From positions 20,833-84,832 of IMG/VR virus record IMGVR_UViG_3300020391_000005: a DNA stretch of 64,000 nt; one strand, 5' to 3'. Position 1 is the stretch's first letter. The number at the start of each line of letters is the position of its first letter. A program made the translations under genes and the position numbers. The stretch is from a virus. Positions 31,566 to 39,486 of the stretch are shown here, piece after piece. The notes beneath the pieces were generated by a model. That model saw nothing but the letters and a program-made list of their open reading frames with translations, ran no database searches and had not been told where the DNA came from.

Positions 31566-32174
31566 ATGAAACTTATAAGAGAATATTATGAATTATGCGA
31601 TGGAGGCATATGCCAAGACCTTTTAACAGAGGCTGAAAAAAGAGAGGTATCAGAAGGAGCTATTTATCTTTCTGGCGTTGTACAAAAATGTAACACTGAA
31701 AATGCTAATGGTAGAATATACGAGAAAAAAACTTTGTTTAGAGAGGTTGAAAAATATAAAAAGCTTGTATCAGAAAGGAGAGCATTGGGGGAGCTAGATC
31801 ATCCAGATAATTCTGTTATATCTTTAGATCGTGTCTCCCATATGGTAACAGCGATCTGGTGTGAGGGCGATGAAGTCCGTGCAAAAATAAAAGTTTTGCA
31901 AGAGCTTCCGTGCGGTAAAATTTTAGCAGGTCTTATAAACGAGGGTGTTAAATGCGGAATATCATCTAGAGGTACAGGATCTGTGAGAGAGCAAAACGGA
32001 ATCACAATGGTCGAAGATGACTTCCAACTTATTTGTTTTGATATGGTCTCAGACCCTTCTACTCCTGGCGCTTTTATGTTAAAAGAGGCAAAACAAATAG
32101 CGCAAAACGCAACTAAAATAAATTCAGCCACAAATATGGTCGATAATATTATCAATAAGTTTGGAGTGAAATGA
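31566..32174 (+). CDS. Prohead core protease (T4 gp21-like)
   Basis: NANGRIY, ALGELDHP, VSH, GISSRGTGS, FDMVSDPSTPGA; ATG 31566 has a GAGGA RBS (ORF track starts at 31536). Confidence 0.92.
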   Translation: MKLIREYYELCDGGICQDLLTEAEKREVSEGAIYLSGVVQKCNTENANGRIYEKKTLFREVEKYKKLVSERRALGELDHPDNSVISLDRVSHMVTAIWCEGDEVRAKIKVLQELPCGKILAGLINEGVKCGISSRGTGSVREQNGITMVEDDFQLICFDMVSDPSTPGAFMLKEAKQIAQNATKINSATNMVDNIINKFGVK

Positions 32175-32584
32175 AAAAGTCAGAATTAAAAAGTATCGTA
32201 AAAGAATGTATAAAAGAAATTTTATTTGACGAGGGAGTGTTATCAAATCTGGTAGCTGAAGTTGCGGTTGGTATAACTAGGGCCCAAGGTATGGTTTTAG
32301 AAAACCAACACACTGAGCAAGCCATAGCTAATAAAGAATCTGATCTTGTCAGAGAACATCAAAGAAAACAAAAATTAATGGAAACAAAGAAGAAAATGTT
32401 AGATGCAATATCCGATTCTAAAATGCAGAATGTTTTTGAAGGAACAACGCCGTTAAGAGAGGCAGGTACACCTAATCAGGCATCACCTCATTCACCATTA
32501 GCGAACAGAGATCCTTCGGATTCAGGTGTAGATATATCTGGTCTTTTTAATATGGCCGGACACAAATGGAATACTCTAAAGTGA
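32171..32584 (+). CDS. Hypothetical head protein with MKKSELKSIVKE leader
   Basis: 137 aa; N-terminus resembles 20441..20638. Confidence 0.6.
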   Translation: MKKSELKSIVKECIKEILFDEGVLSNLVAEVAVGITRAQGMVLENQHTEQAIANKESDLVREHQRKQKLMETKKKMLDAISDSKMQNVFEGTTPLREAGTPNQASPHSPLANRDPSDSGVDISGLFNMAGHKWNTLK

Positions 32585-32594
32585 AGGAGATACA

Positions 32595-32831
32595 ATGAGT
32601 AGAGGTAAACCATGTCACGTTGAAATAGTGATACATGATCAGAATCAAGTAGAGAGGATGATCAAAAAATTTACAAGAAAATGTAAAAAGCAAGGTCTTT
32701 TTGATGAATTAAAAAACAGGAGATATTTTAAAAAGAAATCTCTTAAAATGAAAGAAAAAAGGGAAAATAAAAAGAGGTTGTCCCAAAAATCAACCCAAAA
32801 ATATAAAGATAAGTTTAATAAATTAGATTAG
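32595..32831 (+). CDS. rpsU: Ribosomal protein bS21, phage-encoded
   Basis: 78 aa, very basic; VEI...VERMIKKFTRKCKKQGLFDELKNRRYFKKKS fits the bS21 pattern (E.ALRRFKR...G...E.R.R.FYEKPS); AGGAG RBS. Confidence 0.85.
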   Translation: MSRGKPCHVEIVIHDQNQVERMIKKFTRKCKKQGLFDELKNRRYFKKKSLKMKEKRENKKRLSQKSTQKYKDKFNKLD

Positions 32832-32843
32832 GAGAATAAAAAA

Positions 32844-33284
32844 ATGGCAGGATTTAATAACACGCCCCCACCATCAGAGTTTCACAGATACAGTAGCTGG
32901 GGCCGAACGCGCAGACCAAAGAACATTGCTGGGCCAGACGGGACAAAAGTGGTCTCTGTAGCTAATCTCACAGCATGTAAAAACATTACAGATTTGATTG
33001 CTGATATTAATAAAGCAAAACCGTCAAGTGGAGTGTACAGCACGCAAAATCAGCGATTTTTGCATGTAACAACCACCAACGGTGGCCAAGTAGATGAAAT
33101 TTACGTTTATCATTATGCTTCAGCGGTTTGGTCACAACTAGTTTATTCCGGACACGATCAAAATAATGCCAGCATTACTGTTCCTGGTAATACTTGTAAG
33201 GTAATTGAAATCGCTGGTGCTGATTTGGTTGCGTTCAAACTATCAGACAGTACTGATGTATACGCTGCTTGTTCCACCTTCTAA
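32844..33284 (+). CDS. Hypothetical protein, beta-rich, possible head accessory
   Basis: 146 aa, AGGAG RBS, head module. Confidence 0.55.
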   Translation: MAGFNNTPPPSEFHRYSSWGRTRRPKNIAGPDGTKVVSVANLTACKNITDLIADINKAKPSSGVYSTQNQRFLHVTTTNGGQVDEIYVYHYASAVWSQLVYSGHDQNNASITVPGNTCKVIEIAGADLVAFKLSDSTDVYAACSTF

Positions 33285-33387
33285 AGCCTCAAAAATTTTT
33301 CCTTCCCTTTACAGGCTCTTAGCACTATTTACTTAGAGGCAAACCCTTTTGTCTGTATACGTACATTTTGTTAGGAGTTAAAAAACA

Positions 33388-34578
33388 ATGTCAGATTTAC
33401 TCGAAAAAGCCATTATTGATGCAAAGGCTTTGAAAGAAGCAGCACTCAAAAATGCAGAGCAGCTTGTTATCGAAAAGTATTCTCAAGAAATAAAACAAGC
33501 TATGACTAGAATCCTCGAAGAAGAAGATGAAAATTTAACAGAAGCCCCAGAAGATGACCCAATGGCTGACCTGTTTGGTGATGATGCACAAACACCGACA
33601 CCAGGCCCCGAAGATCCAAACGCAGAAAATCCAGCTACAGACAATAAAATAGATTCCGAAGATATAAGAGCAGAAATTCCAGACTCATTCAGAACAGATG
33701 AAGAAGAACTTATAAGTATACAACTTGATTCTTTAGAAGATGATTTTGATTTTGATGACACCGGCGCTTTCGCAAGCGGAGATGAACTAGGCGATGACGA
33801 TATTGGAATAGATTTAACTGATGATGAAGTAAGTTCAGATGTAGAAGCAACGCCAGACATAGATACAACCCCAGACACTGAAGCAGGTTTAGGAATAGAC
33901 GTTGCAGGAATTGAGCCAGCAGCTTTGGAAGAAATGATAAAAGATGCAATTGAGGGTGCTATTGGAGAACAATTAGAACAAGAAGAAATAGAATCAGACG
34001 AACTTGCTGAAAGAGTTAGAGTAGAAGGCATGCCACAAAAATCCGGCTGGGCTGGTACTCCAGAATCTATTATGCAAGAATATGAAGCGTTACTATTAGC
34101 CACAGAGCAGGACACCGAAGTTAAGGAACAGAATGCCGAACTTCGAAAAATAGTATCAAATTTACAAAAAGAAAATAAAAAGTTAACATCCGCTGCTAGA
34201 AAATTAGTAGAACGGAACAAGAAATATGAATCAGCATTTGATACTTTGCAAGAAAAGTTAGAAACCATGAATGTTTCCAACGCAAAGTTGCTGTACATAA
34301 ACCAGGCTCTAGAAAATGCCTCCTTGAATGAGCGACAAAAGAGAAAAATTGTCGAAGCCATTTCAAAAGCCGAAACTGTACAAGAAGCAAAGATAGTTTT
34401 TAATACGATTACTGAAACTGTCTCCACTACTTTGGACGCAAAGAAGGAGATGACGTTAAATGAAATGGTATCTAGAAAATCTTCACTACTTGTCGCGGCT
34501 CGTAAAGAGCAACCCACAAAGGATGCCAATCCTATGTATACAAGATTACAGAAATTGGCAGGAATAAAGACAACATAA
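33388..34578 (+). CDS. Prohead scaffolding/core protein (gp22-like)
   Basis: Highly acidic middle, coiled-coil C-terminus ending RLQKLAGI, directly upstream of the capsid gene; late-type motif at 33324. Confidence 0.8.
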   Translation: MSDLLEKAIIDAKALKEAALKNAEQLVIEKYSQEIKQAMTRILEEEDENLTEAPEDDPMADLFGDDAQTPTPGPEDPNAENPATDNKIDSEDIRAEIPDSFRTDEEELISIQLDSLEDDFDFDDTGAFASGDELGDDDIGIDLTDDEVSSDVEATPDIDTTPDTEAGLGIDVAGIEPAALEEMIKDAIEGAIGEQLEQEEIESDELAERVRVEGMPQKSGWAGTPESIMQEYEALLLATEQDTEVKEQNAELRKIVSNLQKENKKLTSAARKLVERNKKYESAFDTLQEKLETMNVSNAKLLYINQALENASLNERQKRKIVEAISKAETVQEAKIVFNTITETVSTTLDAKKEMTLNEMVSRKSSLLVAARKEQPTKDANPMYTRLQKLAGIKTT

Positions 34579-34612
34579 TTCTAAAATTTATAGAAAAGGA
34601 GGTGAATTTATA

Positions 34613-36421
34613 ATGTCTATTTTACAAAAATTAACAGAAGGCGTTCAGAACCGTAATATGGAAGCTGAAGGAAACGCTCTTCTTCAAAAGTGGGAAGCAA
34701 CTGGATTGCTTGAAGGTCTTAATGAAGGCCACAACAAGCAGGGAATGGCAGTTCTTCTCGAAAACCAGGCAAAAGAACTTCTTCGCGAAGCATCCGCAAT
34801 GGGTAGCGGCGATGTTGAAGGTTTTGCGTCTGTAGCATTCCCAATCGTTCGCCGTGTTTTCGGCGGCTTGATTGCAAATGATCTTGTATCGGTACAGCCA
34901 ATGAGCTTACCATCAGGACTTATTTTCTTTCTTGACTTTCTTAAGAGCCCAGACGTCCGTCCTAACCAGCCTGGTTCCGACCAGTCTGTATATGGCGGAA
35001 ACGTCATCGGTAGCCAAATAACCGGTGGTGTCGATCTCGGTAGCGAGACAAAAGTTGAACCAGGTCAGTTCTATGATCTTGATACTGGCTTTTCTCACGC
35101 CACAGGTTCAGCTGTTGCTGCAAAAGACGCCAACAGCTACTCTGGAGGTCTTCAAGTAGATACAGTTCAAGTACAAAACAAGCTTGTTTCTGAACTTACA
35201 GAAGCAGAAAAGAAGCTAATTCGTTTTGATGCGGACTTGCTTGAAAACAATTCTGCAGATAAGATTGTAATCCTTGACTGTGATATTACAAAGCTTGATA
35301 ACTTTAACAGAGATGCCGCAACTGCAGTTCATGCAGGTTCTGGTACGTCTATTAAGTTTGTTGATGACTCGGTTGGCGATAACGTTATCACCGACGCCGG
35401 CGCAAATGTACGTCAAGTTCGAAGGCTTACTCAAGTTGTTGATAATGCAACGTTACGTATTGTACTCGTTGATCTCAGCGGTGCAGACATTGGACCAAGC
35501 GCCGGACAAACATGGGCCGCAGACGATGCCGTTGGTATCTTGGCATATCCATTTACCGATGATCGTGAAGCTGTAACGAACGGTCTTGGTGCAATCAACC
35601 TTGATACTACCGCAACAGGCTTTGGCATACCGCTTGAAAAGGCGCAAGACATGGCTGAAATCGATATTAAGGTCGATTCAATCGCCGTGACCGCACAGAC
35701 CAAGAAGTTGAAGGCTAAGTGGACTCCTGAGTTGGGACAAGACCTTAATGCTTATCACAATTTGGATGCTGAGGTTGAGCTTACAGGTATTCTTTCAGAG
35801 CAAATCGCTCTAGAAATTGATCGTGAGCTTCTTGGTGATCTTGTTCAGGGTGCAAAGGCTGGTACACGTTACTGGAGCCGCGCCCCGGGTCTTTTCGTTG
35901 ACTCACAAGGTAGAGAACTTGGTGCTTCTTCGGCAGCTCCTGACTTCACCGGTACAGTTAGCGAGTGGTATGAGACTCTCATTGAAACAATCAATGACGT
36001 AAGCGCTCAGATCCACAGAAAGACACTTCGTGGCGGTGCAAACTTTGTTGTTTGCTCTCCAGAGATTGCTAACATCCTTGAGTTCACAAGTGGTTTCCGC
36101 GCAAGCGTTACTGCTGATCAGGACCGAGGCACCATCGGCGCTATCCGCGCTGGTAGCTTGAGTAAGAAGTTTGACGTTTACGTTGATCCTTACTTCTTGC
36201 GTAACGTTATCCTCGTAGGTCGTAAGGGTAGCTCGTTCCTTGAGAGCGGCTTTGTATATGCTCCTTATGTACCATTGCAGGTAACACCTACCATTTTCGG
36301 TACGGAAGACTTCGTACCACGTAAGGGCGTTATGACCCGTTACGCTAAGAAGATGGTACGACCTGATATGTACGGTCTTGTTATTTGTCGTGGTCTCCTC
36401 GGTGAGGAAGGCTCTAAGTAA
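34613..36421 (+). CDS. Major capsid protein (T4 gp23-like)
   Basis: AVLLENQ, FPIVRRVFGGLIANDLVSVQPMSLPSGLIFFLDF, KLKAKWTPELGQDLNAYH, EIDRE, YAPYVPL, PRKGVMTRYA; AAGGAGGTGA RBS. Confidence 0.96.
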   Translation: MSILQKLTEGVQNRNMEAEGNALLQKWEATGLLEGLNEGHNKQGMAVLLENQAKELLREASAMGSGDVEGFASVAFPIVRRVFGGLIANDLVSVQPMSLPSGLIFFLDFLKSPDVRPNQPGSDQSVYGGNVIGSQITGGVDLGSETKVEPGQFYDLDTGFSHATGSAVAAKDANSYSGGLQVDTVQVQNKLVSELTEAEKKLIRFDADLLENNSADKIVILDCDITKLDNFNRDAATAVHAGSGTSIKFVDDSVGDNVITDAGANVRQVRRLTQVVDNATLRIVLVDLSGADIGPSAGQTWAADDAVGILAYPFTDDREAVTNGLGAINLDTTATGFGIPLEKAQDMAEIDIKVDSIAVTAQTKKLKAKWTPELGQDLNAYHNLDAEVELTGILSEQIALEIDRELLGDLVQGAKAGTRYWSRAPGLFVDSQGRELGASSAAPDFTGTVSEWYETLIETINDVSAQIHRKTLRGGANFVVCSPEIANILEFTSGFRASVTADQDRGTIGAIRAGSLSKKFDVYVDPYFLRNVILVGRKGSSFLESGFVYAPYVPLQVTPTIFGTEDFVPRKGVMTRYAKKMVRPDMYGLVICRGLLGEEGSK

Positions 36422-36447
36422 TAAAACTTAGCAACAGCCAAAAGATT

Positions 36448-36485
36448 AAGCCTCATCATTAATTTGGTGGGGCTTTTCTTTTTTC
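36448..36485 (+). terminator. Intrinsic terminator after the capsid gene
   Basis: AAGCCTCATCA-ttaatt-TGGTGGGGCTT followed by TTCTTTTTTC. Confidence 0.75.
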
Positions 36486-36511
36486 TGAAAGCTATTTATT
36501 ATAACTTGGAA

Positions 36512-36617
36512 TAACCTCCTGGGTCGTAAAGCCACTGGCCCTTGAAGAGATACAACAGAGGTGGCTGGTTGTGTTTCGTGGAAGTTCGAGGTTAACGTTA
36601 ACCACATAATAAGGAGG
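36512..36617 (+). ncRNA. Candidate structured RNA (three-way junction, kissing loops, anti-SD) in the 5' leader of 36627..37211
   Basis: P1 TAACCTC/GAGGTTA; P2 GGGTCG/TGGCCC; P3 GAGATACAAC/GTTGTGTTTC; loops AGCCAC and GTGGCT are complementary; folded by hand. Confidence 0.6.
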
Positions 36618-36626
36618 AAATAAATT

Positions 36627-37211
36627 ATGGGTAGTAGAAGATTAGGTAGAAGGAGATTATTCTCTTTAGATAAAGCAGGTCAGGAAGTAGACCTCGGTGC
36701 CGGAGAAGGAATTAAAGACGCTATTGTGTCAACAACACAAAAAAGAGAAGGTCATCAAATAATCACAGAAATTGCATTAGACCTTGGTACGTCGAAGGCT
36801 GAAATAAAAACCTCAGGTACCGGAGGCAACGGCGCGAGGAAGCCTTTCGGTGTTGCTGACAAGGAGGCTAGTATAGGACAGTTAACAGTAGCAAAGGTTG
36901 GGGTAGTCAATGAAGTGAGAGTTCAGGTCTTAGAAGCCATAGTCGGTGGTACCACCACATTTGATCTTGAGAGCGCCAACGATGGAGTTGGTAAATCAGG
37001 CGCTGTCGGGGCCCTAGGTACGGGCAACACTGCTCAACTCGACGCTATAACAAACACTGTCGGTGTAGACATATCAAAATTGTTTGACGCTAACGAGCTA
37101 GCAGATAAATTTCTTTATGTTTGCCAGGGTGAAGACGACAACGCTGCAGCACTCACAGCTGGAAAGCTTCTTATTACGATCTATGGGGCTGCGGTCCCAG
37201 CGGATCTGTAA
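36627..37211 (+). CDS. Putative capsid accessory/decoration protein
   Basis: 194 aa, Arg-rich N-terminal arm, beta-rich, ends LTAGKLLITIYG; follows the capsid gene; AAGGAGG RBS. Confidence 0.55.
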   Translation: MGSRRLGRRRLFSLDKAGQEVDLGAGEGIKDAIVSTTQKREGHQIITEIALDLGTSKAEIKTSGTGGNGARKPFGVADKEASIGQLTVAKVGVVNEVRVQVLEAIVGGTTTFDLESANDGVGKSGAVGALGTGNTAQLDAITNTVGVDISKLFDANELADKFLYVCQGEDDNAAALTAGKLLITIYGAAVPADL

Positions 37212-37224
37212 GGAGGAGTGAATC

Positions 37225-37335
37225 ATGTCTAGAGCAAGAAGAGCGAAAGCGAGAAAATCTACCTCTAAAAAGGCACCACCAAAAAAGGTGAAGAAGGCCG
37301 AAAAGCCAAAGGCTGAAGAGGTCAAAGAAGAGTAA
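37225..37335 (+). CDS. 36-aa basic K/A/R-rich peptide (not in ORF track): MSRARRAKARKSTSKKAPPKKVKKAEKPKAEEVKEE
   Basis: Hand-translated; AAGGAGGAG RBS; ends just before a terminator. Confidence 0.65.
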   Translation: MSRARRAKARKSTSKKAPPKKVKKAEKPKAEEVKEE

Positions 37336-37344
37336 AACCTTCAC

Positions 37345-37373
37345 GCCCCCCTGCAAAGGGGGGCTTTTTATTT
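37345..37373 (+). terminator. Intrinsic terminator
   Basis: GCCCCCCT-GCAA-AGGGGGGC, 8-bp stem with GNRA loop, then TTTTTATTT. Confidence 0.88.
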
Positions 37374-37389
37374 CACGAAAGGAAAAACA

Positions 37390-37671
37390 ATGGGAAAGAA
37401 AAAGAAAGCAATCTTAAAAAATAAGAGAATTGGAAATTTAGGCAAGTATGCAGCAAAGTTTTCAGCATTAATAAAAACAACCACAGAAATTATAGAAGAT
37501 AAAGTAGAAGAAGTTTTAGACAAGGTGGAAGAAACTTTGGACAAGACTCAAGAAATTATAGATTCTGCAAAGGAAGAGCCAAAGGTTGAGAAACCAAAGA
37601 CCACAACGAAAAAGAAAACTACCCCTACAACACGTAGAAAGCGAACCACTAAAACTAAAACAGACACCTAG
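37390..37671 (+). CDS. Small protein with basic termini and acidic helical core
   Basis: 93 aa; MGKKKKAILKNKR and K/T-rich tail; AAGGA RBS. Confidence 0.6.
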   Translation: MGKKKKAILKNKRIGNLGKYAAKFSALIKTTTEIIEDKVEEVLDKVEETLDKTQEIIDSAKEEPKVEKPKTTTKKKTTPTTRRKRTTKTKTDT

Positions 37672-37732
37672 GTGAAATGCTATCTTGAACAACTAGTTAT
37701 AATGAATAGCTATAACTTGTGAGGGTCTATGC

Positions 37733-38992
37733 ATGTCAGCACCAATTTTAACACCGGCAAGTACTTTGTCTGCGATTGTCTTACCTATAACAGGCACGTT
37801 ATCAAATGTAAATGATACATTGCCATATAAAATTTATTCAGATACATCTTCGCCTTTGTTTTCATCAGCTTTTGTGAGTGGTGCTGTTGACCAAGTTTCA
37901 TATGTATTTAAGAAACTTGGAGGCGATATATTAGATGTTGAGCTAACAGAAGGTAATGTTTATACTGCATATGAAGAATCGGTATTAGAATACTCTTACC
38001 TTGTAAATGTCCACCAAGCATCTAATATTTTATCTGATGCACTAGGAAATACTACAGGGTCTTTTGATTCAAAGGGTAACATTCAAGCTGGATCTTTATC
38101 TTCATCTTTAGGTGGTGAACATGTAGCTTTAAAATATCCAAAATTTGATTATAGTATGACAAGGAGAATTTCAGATGGTATTGGTTCTGAAGTTGGTTTA
38201 AATGGTTCTGTTCAGTTTTCTGCTTCGTTTGATATTGTTAGAAATCAGCAAGATTATGATTTGCAAGAAATTGTATCTACATCCACAGCATATTCCGGAT
38301 CGGTCGCCGGGAAAAAGATTTTAATAAAAAAGGTTTTTTATAAAACGCCTCACGCGATGTGGAGGTTCTATGGCTACTATGGAGGCTTAAATGTGGTTGG
38401 GAATCTACACAACTATGGTCAATTTTCAGATGATTCTACATTTCAACTTGTTCCTACATGGCAAAACAAGCAACAAGCTTTGGCTTTTGAAGATGCAATA
38501 TATACAAGGATGTCTCACTTTTCTTATGAGTTAAGGAACAATAAATTAAGATTATTTCCAATACCATTGCATGGCACACCAGAATCAATGTGGGTTGAAT
38601 TTTCGATACCGACTGATATTTGGGATAATACTGAAACAGAAACTGATGGTATTAATAACATGAATACTTTGCCACTGGGTAATTTGCCTTTTGAAAATAT
38701 AAACGCAATAGGAAAGCAATGGATTCGTAGGTTTGCATTATCACTTTGTAAAGAAATGCTAGGACAGGTAAGGTCTAAATTTGGAAACATACCAATACCA
38801 GGAGATCAAGTAACTCTTAATGGAACTGCCCTTTTATCAGAAGCAAAAGCAGAACAAGATAAGCTAAGAGAGGAGCTTAAAACCACCTTAGCAGAATTAA
38901 CTTACGCTAAACTAGCGGAAAAAGATGCAACAATGTTAGATAATACAGAAAAGGTATTAGATAAAGTGCCAAATTATATTTTCGTGGGGTAG
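37733..38992 (+). CDS. Neck/head-tail adaptor (T4 gp13-like)
   Basis: KLGGDILDVEL, WIRRFALSLCKEMLGQVRSKFGNIPIPG..VTLNGTALLSEA. Confidence 0.8.
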   Translation: MSAPILTPASTLSAIVLPITGTLSNVNDTLPYKIYSDTSSPLFSSAFVSGAVDQVSYVFKKLGGDILDVELTEGNVYTAYEESVLEYSYLVNVHQASNILSDALGNTTGSFDSKGNIQAGSLSSSLGGEHVALKYPKFDYSMTRRISDGIGSEVGLNGSVQFSASFDIVRNQQDYDLQEIVSTSTAYSGSVAGKKILIKKVFYKTPHAMWRFYGYYGGLNVVGNLHNYGQFSDDSTFQLVPTWQNKQQALAFEDAIYTRMSHFSYELRNNKLRLFPIPLHGTPESMWVEFSIPTDIWDNTETETDGINNMNTLPLGNLPFENINAIGKQWIRRFALSLCKEMLGQVRSKFGNIPIPGDQVTLNGTALLSEAKAEQDKLREELKTTLAELTYAKLAEKDATMLDNTEKVLDKVPNYIFVG

Positions 38993-38997
38993 TGTGA

Positions 38998-39486
38998 ATG
39001 TCAGATGATAATAAATGGGAACAACCAGCACAGCCACCTCCACCTCTTTTTACTGGAAAAAAAGAGAAAGACTTTGTTAAACAAGTAAATGACGAAGTTA
39101 TAGAGAGAGTTGTCGGTCAGACTATAGCTTACTATCCAGTTAGTTTGGAACATACTAATTTTCATCCGATATACGGCGAGGCAATAGAAAAAAGTTTTTT
39201 AAATCCGATTAGAGTTTATGCAATGGTTAAGTATGAATCGCAAAATACTACAACAACGCCATTAGGCGTAGATAGAGTGGAAAAAATAAGTGTTTTCTTT
39301 CATAAAAGAAGGCTATCAGAAGATCAAGATCTTTTTGTTAGAGAGGGAGATTTTGTTCAATATGGAGAACACTTTTATGAAATTCTTAGTTTGGTAGAAC
39401 CAAAATGGCTTTTCGGTCAAGTAGAGTCAAGGTTTGAAATTGCTGCATCATGTATTAGGGCTAGAGAGGGCTTATTTAATGTCTAA
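38998..39486 (+). CDS. Neck/head closure protein (gp14-like)
   Basis: Follows gp13-like gene; IYGEAIEKSF, REGDFVQYG..FYEI. Confidence 0.7.
   Translation: MSDDNKWEQPAQPPPPLFTGKKEKDFVKQVNDEVIERVVGQTIAYYPVSLEHTNFHPIYGEAIEKSFLNPIRVYAMVKYESQNTTTTPLGVDRVEKISVFFHKRRLSEDQDLFVREGDFVQYGEHFYEILSLVEPKWLFGQVESRFEIAASCIRAREGLFNV

Noticed and set aside
33483-34529. 348-aa antisense ORF
   Set aside because: Shadow of the acidic scaffold gene; Ser-rich mirror composition, no RBS or motifs.
36520-36590. Hammerhead ribozyme reading of the structured leader (CTTGAAGAG resembles CUGANGA)
   Set aside because: The required GAAA after stem II is absent (GTGGAAG) and the core has an extra U; kept only as an unclassified structured RNA.
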